Assembly (NCBI GenBank): GCA_964512105.1
Contig: CAZEGI010000012.1
Span: 1-32,000, forward strand
Source: an uncultured archaeon
GTDB taxonomy: Archaea > Altiarchaeota > Altiarchaeia > IMC4 > CAZEGI01
DNA: 32,000 nucleotides
Direction of reading: 5' to 3'
Each line of letters begins with the position of its first letter. The first letter of the stretch is position 1. The notes beneath the pieces were generated by a model. It saw only the letters and a list, made by a program, of their open reading frames with translations, was not told the origin of the DNA and did not search any database. Shown here piece after piece: positions 20,823 through 30,473 of this stretch. Both the position numbers and the translations under genes were made by a program.

Positions 20823-22466
20823 ATGAAAAATCCTTATCGCTCCATAATCAAAAAAATCCTCTCGGGCGAGATTTCAACACGCGAGGAACTGGATTCAGAA
20901 AAAAGAGAACTCTGCATAAAACTCAGGAAGGAAAAATTCATCCGGAATTCCGAGATTCTTAAGTATGCAAAACCGGATGAGAGAAAAAAAGTCCTCGAGC
21001 TCCTGCAAAAGAAGCCGACGCGCACGGTTTCCGGGGTTGCGGTTGTCGCGGCAATGACCATGCCCCTCAAATGCCCGCACGGAAAGTGCAAGTACTGTCC
21101 CGGCGGTCCGGAAATAAACGTACCGCAGAGTTACACCGGCAAGGAGCCGGCAACGCGAAGGGCGATAAGGTACGGTTACGCCCCCTATCTACAGGTTACC
21201 TTCCGCCTGAACCAGCTCAGGTGCATCGGGCATCCGGTTGATAAAGTGGAACTGATAGTGATGGGCGGGACTCTGACTGCACAGTGCCTTGATTACCAGG
21301 AATGGTTTGTGAAGGAATGTTTCAGGGCGATGAATGAATTTGAAGATAATTATAAAAAAATAAAAAAATTGGGTGAAGAGAAATTCATTGAGAGCTATGA
21401 AAAAACCAAAAAGAAATTTTACTATCTGGAAGAAATCCAAAAAGAAAACGAGAAATCAAAAGTAAGATGCGTTGGCCTTACCTTCGAGCCGAGGCCGGAC
21501 TGGGCGAAAAAGGAGGAGATAAACAGGATGCTGAACTTCGGTGTCACGCGCGTGGAAATCGGGGTGCAGAACCCCGACGACGCGGTTTACAAAAAAGTTG
21601 ACCGCGGCCACACCGTAAGGGACGTGGTGGAGGCAACGCAACTCCTGAAGGATTCGGGGCTGAAGGTCGTTTACCATATGATGCCTGGAATTCTCGGAAA
21701 CAAACCGGATGCTGATCTGAAAGCGTTCAGAAAAGTTTTCAGCGACGAAAGGTTCAAGCCGGACATGGTGAAAATCTACCCGTGCATAGTGCTAAAGGGG
21801 ACGGAGTACTACGACAGATGGAAAGCAGGAAAATTCAAGCCCATGACGACGGAAGAGGCGGTAAACCTCATCGTGAAGGTGAAGAAAATAATGCCCGAAT
21901 GGCTTAGAACCATGCGCATAATGCGCGACATTCCCTCGAATTTGGTCGAAGCGGGCATAAAGTCCAGCAACCTCGGACAGCTTGTTTATGACGAGCTTGG
22001 GAGAAAAAAAATCAGGTGCAGGTGCATACGGTGCAGGGAAGCGGGACACATGCAATCACGGGGTGTTATTCCTGTTATAAAAAATATAAAATTAGTAAAA
22101 AGAAAATACAAGGCCAGCAGTGGAACAGAATTCTTTTTATCATTCGAAGATACAAAGAAAGGCATCCTCATAGGTTTTTTAAGATTGAGAATTCCGCATA
22201 AACCGTTCAGACCAGAAATCAATTCCAAAACAGCACTGATCCGCGAGCTGCACGTTTACGGCCCGATGGTCAAACTCGGTGAAAAACCGGACGCGGAGTG
22301 GCAGCACCGCGGTTATGGTGCCGAACTCCTGAAGGAGGCGGAAAAAATTGCAAGAAAAATTGGCATGAAAAAAATCCTGGTGACGAGCGGAATCGGTGCC
22401 CGGGATTACTACAAGGGGTTCGGATACAAAAGGGACGGCGTTTACATGGGGAAGTTCCTAACTTAA
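20823..22466 (+). CDS. elp3: Elp3-type radical SAM/GNAT tRNA uridine-34 modification enzyme
   Basis: Radical-SAM cluster motif CPHGKCKYCPGG. Size of 547 aa fits. C-terminal GNAT motif HRGYGAELLKEAEKIA. Confidence 0.9.
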   Translation: MKNPYRSIIKKILSGEISTREELDSEKRELCIKLRKEKFIRNSEILKYAKPDERKKVLELLQKKPTRTVSGVAVVAAMTMPLKCPHGKCKYCPGGPEINVPQSYTGKEPATRRAIRYGYAPYLQVTFRLNQLRCIGHPVDKVELIVMGGTLTAQCLDYQEWFVKECFRAMNEFEDNYKKIKKLGEEKFIESYEKTKKKFYYLEEIQKENEKSKVRCVGLTFEPRPDWAKKEEINRMLNFGVTRVEIGVQNPDDAVYKKVDRGHTVRDVVEATQLLKDSGLKVVYHMMPGILGNKPDADLKAFRKVFSDERFKPDMVKIYPCIVLKGTEYYDRWKAGKFKPMTTEEAVNLIVKVKKIMPEWLRTMRIMRDIPSNLVEAGIKSSNLGQLVYDELGRKKIRCRCIRCREAGHMQSRGVIPVIKNIKLVKRKYKASSGTEFFLSFEDTKKGILIGFLRLRIPHKPFRPEINSKTALIRELHVYGPMVKLGEKPDAEWQHRGYGAELLKEAEKIARKIGMKKILVTSGIGARDYYKGFGYKRDGVYMGKFLT

Positions 22467-23915
22467 CGATTCGACAAGGTAGCGCAGGCTAAGATCGAAC
22501 AACGGTAGGATGTTGATTGCCAGAACCAGCAGCACAGCACCCAAAACAGCTGTTGTGAATCGTTTTTTGTTTCTGGCACTGAGGTTTAGCGTTCCCAGAA
22601 CCTCCTTGAACATCCTCCAGCCGTCGAACGGATAAACAGGCATCAGATTCACAAGAGCGACGTTTATGTTGAAGAACACTATCCAGTTCAGAGCCGTGAG
22701 TGTAAACAAAACGGCAGGAATCAAAAAACCGTAAGCGTTCTTCGCGCTTTCACTCACCTTCGCGCTCTGGATGAGGATTATGCCAACATACGCCCTGCTC
22801 CTGTTTTCCGGACTGCTTACCGCTGTGAGTTTAAACTCGCCCTTGCTCGTGACCATGCGTATCTCGTCGCCTGGTTTCAGCCTGGCCATAGCATCCCTGA
22901 AGAGGTCGTAGGTTTTGACCGACTGCTCATTTATGGTGTAGATTATGGTTCCGTTTTCAAGAACGCCGTGTGCAGGATAACCTTCCGTGGTGTTCAGTAT
23001 CTTTACTCCGTCGTATTCCATGAAGGAGCCGTAAATCTGGCTCAGCGGCAGGAACATGAAAATGGCTGCAATGCCGACAACGACATTCGCGAACGAGCCC
23101 GCTGCAAAGACCTGCATTTTTTCCGTCGTGTGCCGTTTTTCCAGTTTCTTCTCATCCGGTTCAACAAACGCCCCTATCGGTAAAATGCCAAGCGTCAGTA
23201 AACCCGTGGACTTTATCTTCAGCGCGTGCGTTCTTGCAACCACACCGTGTGCGAATTCATGTACCACGAGCGTTGTTATCAGGCCTATGAGCGCATACCA
23301 CCACGGAATGAAAATGTCATAGCCGGGCAGTGAAACGCCGACCTGCCCTTCGCTTACGCCCGGAACAAGCGGTGAGATTCCGGGAAGCGTCGAACCGAGA
23401 ATAATCTGATAGGAGTGTTTTGCGAGCGAGAGCAGCAGTATTGACGGAATTCCGAACACGCCCTCGAGTATCGCAAGATACGGTGAATTGAGCAACCTGA
23501 ATGCCATCAATGTTATGAGAGCCGATGCAAACAGGAAATCCGCCCATCTGTTTCTAAACTTTTGCAATAATGTAACTGCAAAAAGCAGGATGAGGAACGA
23601 CTCAAGAAACTTTAGCGGCGTGTTCCGCCAGAACGCCACGGTCAGTGCGCTCAATATGACCAATATCGAGTCAAGACTCACGCTCCGTTTCGTTTTCGAA
23701 AGGTAAAACGCACCGACACCGCTGAACGACATTACCACCGCAAGGTCGGAGAGGAACTGCCACAGGCGGGGGGAGAGTTTCGATAAGCTGTCAATAAACC
23801 TGAGGAAGTGTTTCGTCCTTATGACGAACAATATAGAGTGCTGCTCCGCCGACGTTCGCGTCAGCAAAAAAGTCCCGATTACAAAAACCGCAATTATGAG
23901 AAGTGTCGCGTACAT
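22458..23915 (-). CDS. M50 site-2 protease with a PDZ-like insert
   Basis: HEFAHGVVA (HExxH) within a TM segment. NLMPVYPFDGWRMF (NxxPxxxxDG). PDZ-like ...GYPAHGVLENGTIIYTINEQSV...KPGDEIRMV. Confidence 0.85.
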   Translation of the reverse strand: MYATLLIIAVFVIGTFLLTRTSAEQHSILFVIRTKHFLRFIDSLSKLSPRLWQFLSDLAVVMSFSGVGAFYLSKTKRSVSLDSILVILSALTVAFWRNTPLKFLESFLILLFAVTLLQKFRNRWADFLFASALITLMAFRLLNSPYLAILEGVFGIPSILLLSLAKHSYQIILGSTLPGISPLVPGVSEGQVGVSLPGYDIFIPWWYALIGLITTLVVHEFAHGVVARTHALKIKSTGLLTLGILPIGAFVEPDEKKLEKRHTTEKMQVFAAGSFANVVVGIAAIFMFLPLSQIYGSFMEYDGVKILNTTEGYPAHGVLENGTIIYTINEQSVKTYDLFRDAMARLKPGDEIRMVTSKGEFKLTAVSSPENRSRAYVGIILIQSAKVSESAKNAYGFLIPAVLFTLTALNWIVFFNINVALVNLMPVYPFDGWRMFKEVLGTLNLSARNKKRFTTAVLGAVLLVLAINILPLFDLSLRYLVESLS

Positions 23916-23946
23916 GTTTTTATTTCCCTGGAATAGATATTATCAC

Positions 23947-25287
23947 ATGGGAACAAAAATACGACTGAGAAACTGCGTGCTGCCTTCTCTCGTTGGCGGT
24001 TTGTTCGTATCCCTCACACTCCTGCTGCTGTTTTTTGCGCTCGTGCCCGTGTTTTATGATTCGGGTTATTTAGGAATAATACTTCTGTTGGCCGTCATGC
24101 TAGGGTTTTTTACGCTGCTGCTCGGCGGCTTTCTTGCCGCATGTTTATGCCCTCCCGATATCGGTTCCGGCACCCTGTGCGGTTTTGGCTCGGGTATTGC
24201 TGCAACCATCCTACTGTCCACCATCTTCACCATATTCATCGGCTTTACGTCGCTCTACGGGGTTTTCAACCTGCTCGAATCTGCGGATTTTTTTACGGTC
24301 AGGGAAATTTCTCCTGAATCGTTTCTTGGCGGGCTTGCAATTACCGGAACCATTATGTTTCTGTTTGTACTGGTCGTATTCTCATTAGCGGCGGCGTTTG
24401 GCGGAATGCTCGGCGGCTGGATGAGGGACGAGAAATCACCAACGCTCGAACGTTTGTCTAAAACCATCACCGCATTCAGAAAAAACTGGAAGACCTTCCT
24501 TGCCGGCGTTGTTATCCTCGTGGCTGTCGGTTTTTTGTTTATCCTGGTGTTGGCGCTACTCTCGCTAACCTATCCAGAAAAACAAGAAAGCGAGCTGTAC
24601 AACATCCTGGTGGAAATAATACTTTCACCCATGGTTTCCGCAATTACCGCATCCGTCCTTGTCCTGATGTCAATGAAGGCGTTGACCAGAAAATCCGGGA
24701 TTGGTGACATAGCTGCAGGATTCAGATACTTCAGGGGTTTGTTTGGCGTCGAGCTACTGTATGCGATACTCCTGAATCTTCCCGCCTTGCTTCTGCTTTT
24801 CGTCGCATACCTCTCCGGATACCAGACCGCAACGCTGAACTACTTTTTCCTGTTGCCGGTTATTGTTTACAACGCAATACTCGCGGTAGCATTTGTCTTC
24901 AGGGACTGGGCGGTTGTTGACGGGAAGGATGTCATCCCTGCACTGAGGCAGAGTTTCTCGCTGGTCAGGAAAAACCTTGCAGAGGTCGTCGCGCTGGAAC
25001 TGATACTTACGGAAATATCCATGCTCATCCTCCTCATTCCAATCGCGCTTATCGTGCTCCTGGCATTTATCATCTACTCGTTTTTCGGCGCAATTGCCGC
25101 TGTGCTCGTGTCCATACTGGTGTTCATCCTTACAATACTTGGAGCAGTTGTATTTCTGTCGAGCTACAATTTTCTGAATATCTCTGCACTGTACCTCGAG
25201 CTGAGAGGCAGCAAACCCCTGCGCAGGGTTTCGAGCACCGCAAGAAAAAAACCCGCAAGAAAACCGAGGCGCGTCAGGGTCTATTAA
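23947..25287 (+). CDS. Polytopic membrane protein of unknown function
   Basis: About 10 or more hydrophobic segments and a basic C-terminal tail RKKPARKPRRVRVY. I prefer ATG23947 (MGTKIRL) because the listed start 23821 overlaps the 5' end of the M50 gene. Confidence 0.55.
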   Translation: MGTKIRLRNCVLPSLVGGLFVSLTLLLLFFALVPVFYDSGYLGIILLLAVMLGFFTLLLGGFLAACLCPPDIGSGTLCGFGSGIAATILLSTIFTIFIGFTSLYGVFNLLESADFFTVREISPESFLGGLAITGTIMFLFVLVVFSLAAAFGGMLGGWMRDEKSPTLERLSKTITAFRKNWKTFLAGVVILVAVGFLFILVLALLSLTYPEKQESELYNILVEIILSPMVSAITASVLVLMSMKALTRKSGIGDIAAGFRYFRGLFGVELLYAILLNLPALLLLFVAYLSGYQTATLNYFFLLPVIVYNAILAVAFVFRDWAVVDGKDVIPALRQSFSLVRKNLAEVVALELILTEISMLILLIPIALIVLLAFIIYSFFGAIAAVLVSILVFILTILGAVVFLSSYNFLNISALYLELRGSKPLRRVSSTARKKPARKPRRVRVY

Positions 25288-26280
25288 TCACAGCAGCAGC
25301 ATCTCCCCAACCATGGATTCCAATACCAGATTTCCTAGAATAAACAGACCTACCGAGAGAAGTAGCAGTATCGGGATGAACTTTATACCCGCACGCTCCT
25401 CCCCGCTCATAATGAGGCCCATTATTATCGCTCCGAAAACCGAAGAGACTGCCAGTGCGACATACGAGTACATCATCACAAAGTCCGGGGATATCTGAAC
25501 CTTGCCCGTGGGTATCGGTATAACGGTTTGACCCTTCATCGCCTCGAAGTTCTGCGGCAGCTCCTTTGCAATCATCGCCATGTTCGTTGTGAGCAGCTTT
25601 ACAAGGAAGGACGACATGGAAAACAGCATGGGGGCTGCAAAACCGATTGCAATGAATATGAAGAACACGTACATCAGAACGCTCGCGCTGACCTCCTTCT
25701 GGATTATCTGCTGCTCCCTGAAATCGTTCGCTGTCTGGTCGAGCAGGTCCGCAAGTTTTCCGCCGGATTTGTAGCTGTCTATTATGAGGTCGAATGCCCT
25801 GTTGAGATTTTTCGAGTTCACCCGGGTTTTTGTTTTCTGAAGCGCATCCGTGAGATTTCTTCCGGCCATGGTCTCCTTTCCTATGCGCGTTATCTCCTCC
25901 TGGAGCGGGCCGAATTCCGGGCGCGCGGCCATGAGCAGTGCCTTGTCTACCGTGAGACCCGCACGTATGTTCGAGGACATGAGCTGCAGTGCGTCTGGAA
26001 GCACGTTCTCGATGGCCTTTGCTTTTTTGTCTCCTGACAGAACCAGAAAAACGTAGATGATAAACTCCACAACAAGGAACGACAGCAGAAACGCCACAAC
26101 CGGCGGGAGTCCATAGTGGCTTGCAAGCGCGGATGCGATTATACCTACGCCAAGACCCACGGAAAAAATAAAGCCCGTGAACCTGTCAAGATCCGTCTCT
26201 ATATTCGCATACAACAAAAGTTGCTTGTACCTCTGCCTGATCCTCTTCGGAACCAACCTCCCGATTGTCTGGTAAATCAT
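25288..26280 (-). CDS. TadC-like single-domain T2SSF platform protein
   Basis: N-terminal TM hairpin, cytoplasmic LPDALQLMSSNIRAGLTVDKAL...GRNLTDALQ...SGGKLADLL (T2SSF pattern), then C-terminal TMs. 1-nt spacer to the upstream gene. Confidence 0.75.
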   Translation of the reverse strand: MIYQTIGRLVPKRIRQRYKQLLLYANIETDLDRFTGFIFSVGLGVGIIASALASHYGLPPVVAFLLSFLVVEFIIYVFLVLSGDKKAKAIENVLPDALQLMSSNIRAGLTVDKALLMAARPEFGPLQEEITRIGKETMAGRNLTDALQKTKTRVNSKNLNRAFDLIIDSYKSGGKLADLLDQTANDFREQQIIQKEVSASVLMYVFFIFIAIGFAAPMLFSMSSFLVKLLTTNMAMIAKELPQNFEAMKGQTVIPIPTGKVQISPDFVMMYSYVALAVSSVFGAIIMGLIMSGEERAGIKFIPILLLLSVGLFILGNLVLESMVGEMLLL

Positions 26281-26281
26281 C

Positions 26282-27181
26282 CTATCCTCCTATGAGCGTA
26301 GGCCTTTTCGATTTCACGAGGCCCATGAACACAATCTGCATGAAAATCACGCCGACAAGCAGAACCCAGAAGGTCTGCTCGTTCCCTATCGCCTCCATCC
26401 CCGGGAATGAGGAAAGTATTATAAGCATGGTTATCCCCAGCGAAGGAATTATCACCGCGACCATCATGTACATCATCGCCAAGGGGTTGAGTATGGACTT
26501 GTACCTCCTAATCTCGACGAGCTGCTCCTCGGACAGCGACCTTATCACATCCGAAAGATTGTTGCCGACGTCGCTCCCGGATTTCATGCTGTTCACCAAC
26601 TGCCAAATCGCCCGCCTGAAGTACAGTGACGGGTTTCTTACCGCAAGGTCCTCGAGGGCATCAACGACCGATGTTCCGGTTCTTACGCGTTCTATAACGT
26701 TCTTGAATTCGGTGGATATCGGTCCGTAATCGCCGGCAGATATCGAAACCAGCGTGTTGAATATAGGAACTCCGGACCGTATCTGGATGAGTATGCTCCT
26801 CAACGCGAACAGTAGGTTCCTTTCAATCTCCTTGACCCTTCTGCCGACAACCATCTGCGGATACATCATCAGCCCGAAATACATGCTGCCCGCGACTATC
26901 GCTCCGGACACAATCCCTATGCTCGTGTTCCCCTTACCGGTCATCTTGAACGGCAGGTAAACCAGCATGGACACAAAAATAAAAACAAGCGACGACATGA
27001 GGAAACAGAGTGCCAGGTATTCCCTCGGGCTTATCTTGTAGTCATCAGCCATGCCCGACTGCTTTAGCGTTAGGGACAGGGAGGGCGTAAACTTTATGAG
27101 AACTGAACCCAGACCCATGAACGCGTGCGAAACCTTTCTTAGTATTCGCGACTCCAAAAAAGGTAGCCTCGTTTTTTTCAT
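26282..27181 (-). CDS. TadB-like single-domain T2SSF platform protein
   Basis: LLFALRSILIQIRSGVPIFNTL...GTSVVDALEDL...SGSDVGNNL, flanked by TM segments. I prefer ATG27181 (MKKTRLPF), 1 nt after the ATPase stop, over the listed 27238. Confidence 0.7.
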   Translation of the reverse strand: MKKTRLPFLESRILRKVSHAFMGLGSVLIKFTPSLSLTLKQSGMADDYKISPREYLALCFLMSSLVFIFVSMLVYLPFKMTGKGNTSIGIVSGAIVAGSMYFGLMMYPQMVVGRRVKEIERNLLFALRSILIQIRSGVPIFNTLVSISAGDYGPISTEFKNVIERVRTGTSVVDALEDLAVRNPSLYFRRAIWQLVNSMKSGSDVGNNLSDVIRSLSEEQLVEIRRYKSILNPLAMMYMMVAVIIPSLGITMLIILSSFPGMEAIGNEQTFWVLLVGVIFMQIVFMGLVKSKRPTLIGG

Positions 27182-27182
27182 T

Positions 27183-28703
27183 CTACTCGAGCAAGGCGCT
27201 TGGTTTTTGGTTTTTGTCAACCACGTCCGAAACCGCATCCTTTTCCGTGTAGTAGCGGTTCATTACCTTGCCAACGTTCTCCACTTCCCTCACCTTATTC
27301 TTTACCAGCCATTCCAGAATCTTCTTCTTCTGTTTTATCTCCTCGCCGATTTCCTTTACCGTTAACCCGGTATGTTTCTCGAGTTCCTCGAAAAACTTCA
27401 TGGGAGCATTCGCCGGATTTATCGCATCAGAGCGCGCATCCCACCGGTACAAAAGATTCGGTTTGTACTCTATCTTACCCTCCCCCTTGTCCATTATCAA
27501 TTCTCCAATCTCCGAAAGTCTCCTGATGCCGCGGCGCCGGTCCCTGAACATCACGACGTTCAGATGCACCGAATCGAGCATCGTCTGTGGAATCTCTATC
27601 GGCGGGTTTGTCAGCCGGGTGATGGTTTGTTCGCAGGTGTCCGCGTGCAGGGTTCCGTAAACCGAATGGCCGGTGTGCATGGCCTCGAACAAAACTTCCG
27701 CCTCCCTCTTTTTTCGTATCTCGCCCATTATAATCCTGTCCGGTCTCATCCTGAGCGAGTTCACAAGGAGGTCCAGCATTGAAACCTCACCCTTACCCTC
27801 CGGATTGGGTTCGCGGGTGACCAGTGGACACCAGAAAAGGAAGTGCGGCAGTTGCAACTCGCGCGTGTCCTCGATGCTTATTATCCTGTGATTTGGGGGT
27901 ATGAACGGCATGCACGTGTTCAGGAAGCTCGTTTTTCCGGATGCGGTTCCGCCAGATATTATCACGTTCATCTCGTACTGAATCGCAAGCCATATCAACG
28001 CAGAAACCTCGGAGCTTATGGTTTTGTTTCCAATAAAGTCAGTTATGGTCCATGGGTCCCTTGCGAATTTCCTTATGGTTATCGTGTTGCCTTTTGTGGA
28101 TATCGGCGTGAGTATCGCGTTTGCACGGTCCCTGCTCATAAGATGAGCGTCCAGTAACGGACTCAGGGTTGTTATCTCCCTGTTAACGCGCCTCGCAATG
28201 GTGTTTGCGTAGTTCTGAATCCGTCCTTCGTTTTCCACCGTCACGTTGGTCTTCAACCAGCCGTGTTTTTTGTGGTACACTCTCACTGGTTCATCCGACG
28301 AGTTGATAACAATCTCCTCCAGATACTGGTCGTCGAGGAAGAAGTCAATCTTTCCCAAACCAAGAAGTTCGTGCACCAGATCGAGAATGAAGTGCTCCTT
28401 TATCTGCTTGTCCAGATTCGGCAGCTCCTCGTCAAGTAAACTGTTTGCGTTCTCCTTGAACTTTTTCGTCATGTCCTCCACCAGTTCCGGTTCCATGACC
28501 TTGGTCGTGTCCACCTCCATGCCCGTTATCAATCTTTCCTTAATGTCGTCGAGCAACGCCAGGGTGGCAACATCAATCGTGGGCAGAATCAGCTTGTAGA
28601 GCGGAACATGATCCTTTTCTGTAATGTCAACCTTCGTTTTAACATAGTCTGAACTTATGTCATAACTTTCGATCAATTTTTCGTCTTTTGCCATTGCAAT
28701 CAC
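27183..28703 (-). CDS. Type IV filament/secretion ATPase (FlaI/TadA/VirB11 superfamily)
   Basis: Walker A GGTASGKTSFLN, Walker B region RPDRIIMGEIRKKREA, His box GHSVYGTLHA. Confidence 0.85.
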   Translation of the reverse strand: MIAMAKDEKLIESYDISSDYVKTKVDITEKDHVPLYKLILPTIDVATLALLDDIKERLITGMEVDTTKVMEPELVEDMTKKFKENANSLLDEELPNLDKQIKEHFILDLVHELLGLGKIDFFLDDQYLEEIVINSSDEPVRVYHKKHGWLKTNVTVENEGRIQNYANTIARRVNREITTLSPLLDAHLMSRDRANAILTPISTKGNTITIRKFARDPWTITDFIGNKTISSEVSALIWLAIQYEMNVIISGGTASGKTSFLNTCMPFIPPNHRIISIEDTRELQLPHFLFWCPLVTREPNPEGKGEVSMLDLLVNSLRMRPDRIIMGEIRKKREAEVLFEAMHTGHSVYGTLHADTCEQTITRLTNPPIEIPQTMLDSVHLNVVMFRDRRRGIRRLSEIGELIMDKGEGKIEYKPNLLYRWDARSDAINPANAPMKFFEELEKHTGLTVKEIGEEIKQKKKILEWLVKNKVREVENVGKVMNRYYTEKDAVSDVVDKNQKPSALLE

Positions 28704-29516
28704 CTATCTTTTTGGTATTCGTATTTCGGGTTCACCTATCGCGGGGTAATATAATTCAACCAAATTATGCTCCTCAAGAATCATAGCCCACTCCTCGAGC
28801 TGCTCCCTCCTGACCCCCAACTCATTCGCAAGTTTTTGGTTTAAATGAACGCGTTTCCTCTTTTTTATGTAGCTGTAAACCTTATCGATGTCTGTTTCTA
28901 TCCTCGTGCCTTCCCCAAGACTTTTCACGGGTTTCGGTGGTTCACCTATTGCCACCTTAACTATCTTGCTTGCAAGCCGTGCGAACCGCGTTTTTCTGAT
29001 ATGCTCAAGCCGTTCCTTCTTCAACGGCGATTCGCCCAAAGTCGACGTGCTGGGAATTCCCGGAAGTTTTAGTACATCCTTCAGCCCTTCGATACCCGGT
29101 GTTTTCCCTGATTTTTCCTCTTTCACCATGATATCCGGCGATGGTATCAGCTTAAGTTTCAGCGAGGTTATTTTTTTTCTTTTTTTGAGAACCGCCTGTT
29201 CGTTCCCCTTCAGCGTGGCGTTCAACTCGTCCTGGGTCAACTCAGATACCTCGAGTTTGCCCTTCGAGCCGCCAAGTTTGTTTTCTATCTCCTCTACGGC
29301 TTCATCCCTCAGCTTTACACTCCTATCGTCTGGGTGTTCTATCGAGGCTGCAATAATATCCCCCCTCTCAACCAGAATGTCCGCCTGGTATTCCCGGCCA
29401 CCTGCAGTGCCTTTGAGCCGCATGCTGCCAATGAATCCGCCGCCGAGTTCTTCGCATACCTTCTGAAAATCCTCTATGTTCTTCGGCACTATCGGGCGAC
29501 CCTTCAGAAGCCTCAT
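28704..29516 (-). CDS. Hypothetical first gene of the filament operon: unknown N-domain plus C-terminal wHTH
   Basis: Its stop abuts the ATPase start. N-terminus: GGGFIGSMRLKGTAGGREYQADILVERGDIIAASIEH. C-terminus: IDKVYSYIKKRKRVHLNQKLANELGVRREQLEEWAMILEEHNLVELYYP. Confidence 0.5.
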   Translation of the reverse strand: MRLLKGRPIVPKNIEDFQKVCEELGGGFIGSMRLKGTAGGREYQADILVERGDIIAASIEHPDDRSVKLRDEAVEEIENKLGGSKGKLEVSELTQDELNATLKGNEQAVLKKRKKITSLKLKLIPSPDIMVKEEKSGKTPGIEGLKDVLKLPGIPSTSTLGESPLKKERLEHIRKTRFARLASKIVKVAIGEPPKPVKSLGEGTRIETDIDKVYSYIKKRKRVHLNQKLANELGVRREQLEEWAMILEEHNLVELYYPAIGEPEIRIPKR

Positions 29517-29557
29517 GTTAGTGTATTAAGAATAGTAATAAAAGAACCCCACCAACA

Positions 29558-30430
29558 TCAAAAAATCTTTGCTACCATTGAGCCGCGCTCAGCACTGATG
29601 TTCCTTGCAACCGGACTGCACTTCACCTTCATAAGAATCGCGACCTTCCCGGTTATCCTCTCGGGGTATTCTATAAGGGTTTCATAGCAGCCCATACCTT
29701 TCGCTATGACAAAATCCGCCTTTTCAAATTCGTCCAGAAATCCCTTTGTGCAGAATCTGTCAAACCATATGCCGATATTGTCGCCCCTCGGAACCAGTCT
29801 GCATAACCTGTCGATGCCTGCTTTTTTCGCGTCTTCGATGCAGGCATCGTCTTGTATCGGCTTGGACAACGGCGCCACAACAACCTCGGCATATCTAAGC
29901 AACTCCCTGATGAAAATCCTGTCAAGAACGATTTCCGGGGCGTTATCCGTAACATACAAAATCCGTTTTGACTTTTTGATTTTTTTATAGATCCTGTCAA
30001 TCTCATCTACTGCTGGTTTTGAGTTGACAACTTCAAGCACATCGTTTTCTAAATTTTCCAAATCAACGCTATGCTCCATTGGTCCGAATTCGAGCATATT
30101 CCCTGCAAGCGCAATCAAAAGCGCCTTTCTGAATCGTTTCGTTGCATCACGTTCGCCTGCTACACACGCCTCAAGATTTTTGTATACTCTCTCCGCAGTT
30201 CTCATACCAACCGCTTTTAAATCCTTTGCGGGATTGTCGTCCTTTAAAATGTCACTCAACAACCTGTTCCTTGCAATTGAAAGCTCGGTTGTCGTTATGT
30301 CCGCAGGCGTCTCAGAAAATAGCCTGCACAACTTCCTAATGAACTCTTTTTTCTCCCTGTCGCTCTTATTCCTGCATAGCAGCAACGCACGGTTCAGCAT
30401 GCATGGATAACATTCGGGGTATAATCTCAT
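29558..30430 (-). CDS. DUF89 (ARMT1-like damage-control phosphatase) family protein
   Basis: MRLYPECYPCMLNRAL at the N-terminus and ADFVIAKGMGCYETL near the C-terminus are typical of archaeal DUF89 proteins. Confidence 0.65.
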   Translation of the reverse strand: MRLYPECYPCMLNRALLLCRNKSDREKKEFIRKLCRLFSETPADITTTELSIARNRLLSDILKDDNPAKDLKAVGMRTAERVYKNLEACVAGERDATKRFRKALLIALAGNMLEFGPMEHSVDLENLENDVLEVVNSKPAVDEIDRIYKKIKKSKRILYVTDNAPEIVLDRIFIRELLRYAEVVVAPLSKPIQDDACIEDAKKAGIDRLCRLVPRGDNIGIWFDRFCTKGFLDEFEKADFVIAKGMGCYETLIEYPERITGKVAILMKVKCSPVARNISAERGSMVAKIF

Positions 30431-30473
30431 ATTAACTAAACATTGTTCATATATTTATCAACTTTATTGAACA

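Noticed and set aside
23821-23946. N-terminal extension of the membrane-protein ORF
   Set aside because: It overlaps the 5' coding end of the M50 protease gene on the other strand and encodes non-hydrophobic junk. ATG23947 is followed immediately by the first TM segment.
25313-29466. Many plus-strand ORFs (e.g. 25528-26037, 26265-26729, 27268-27782, 28888-29466) across the filament operon
   Set aside because: All are antisense to minus-strand genes with strong ATPase/T2SSF signatures. Their translations are Ser/Pro/Arg-rich nonsense.
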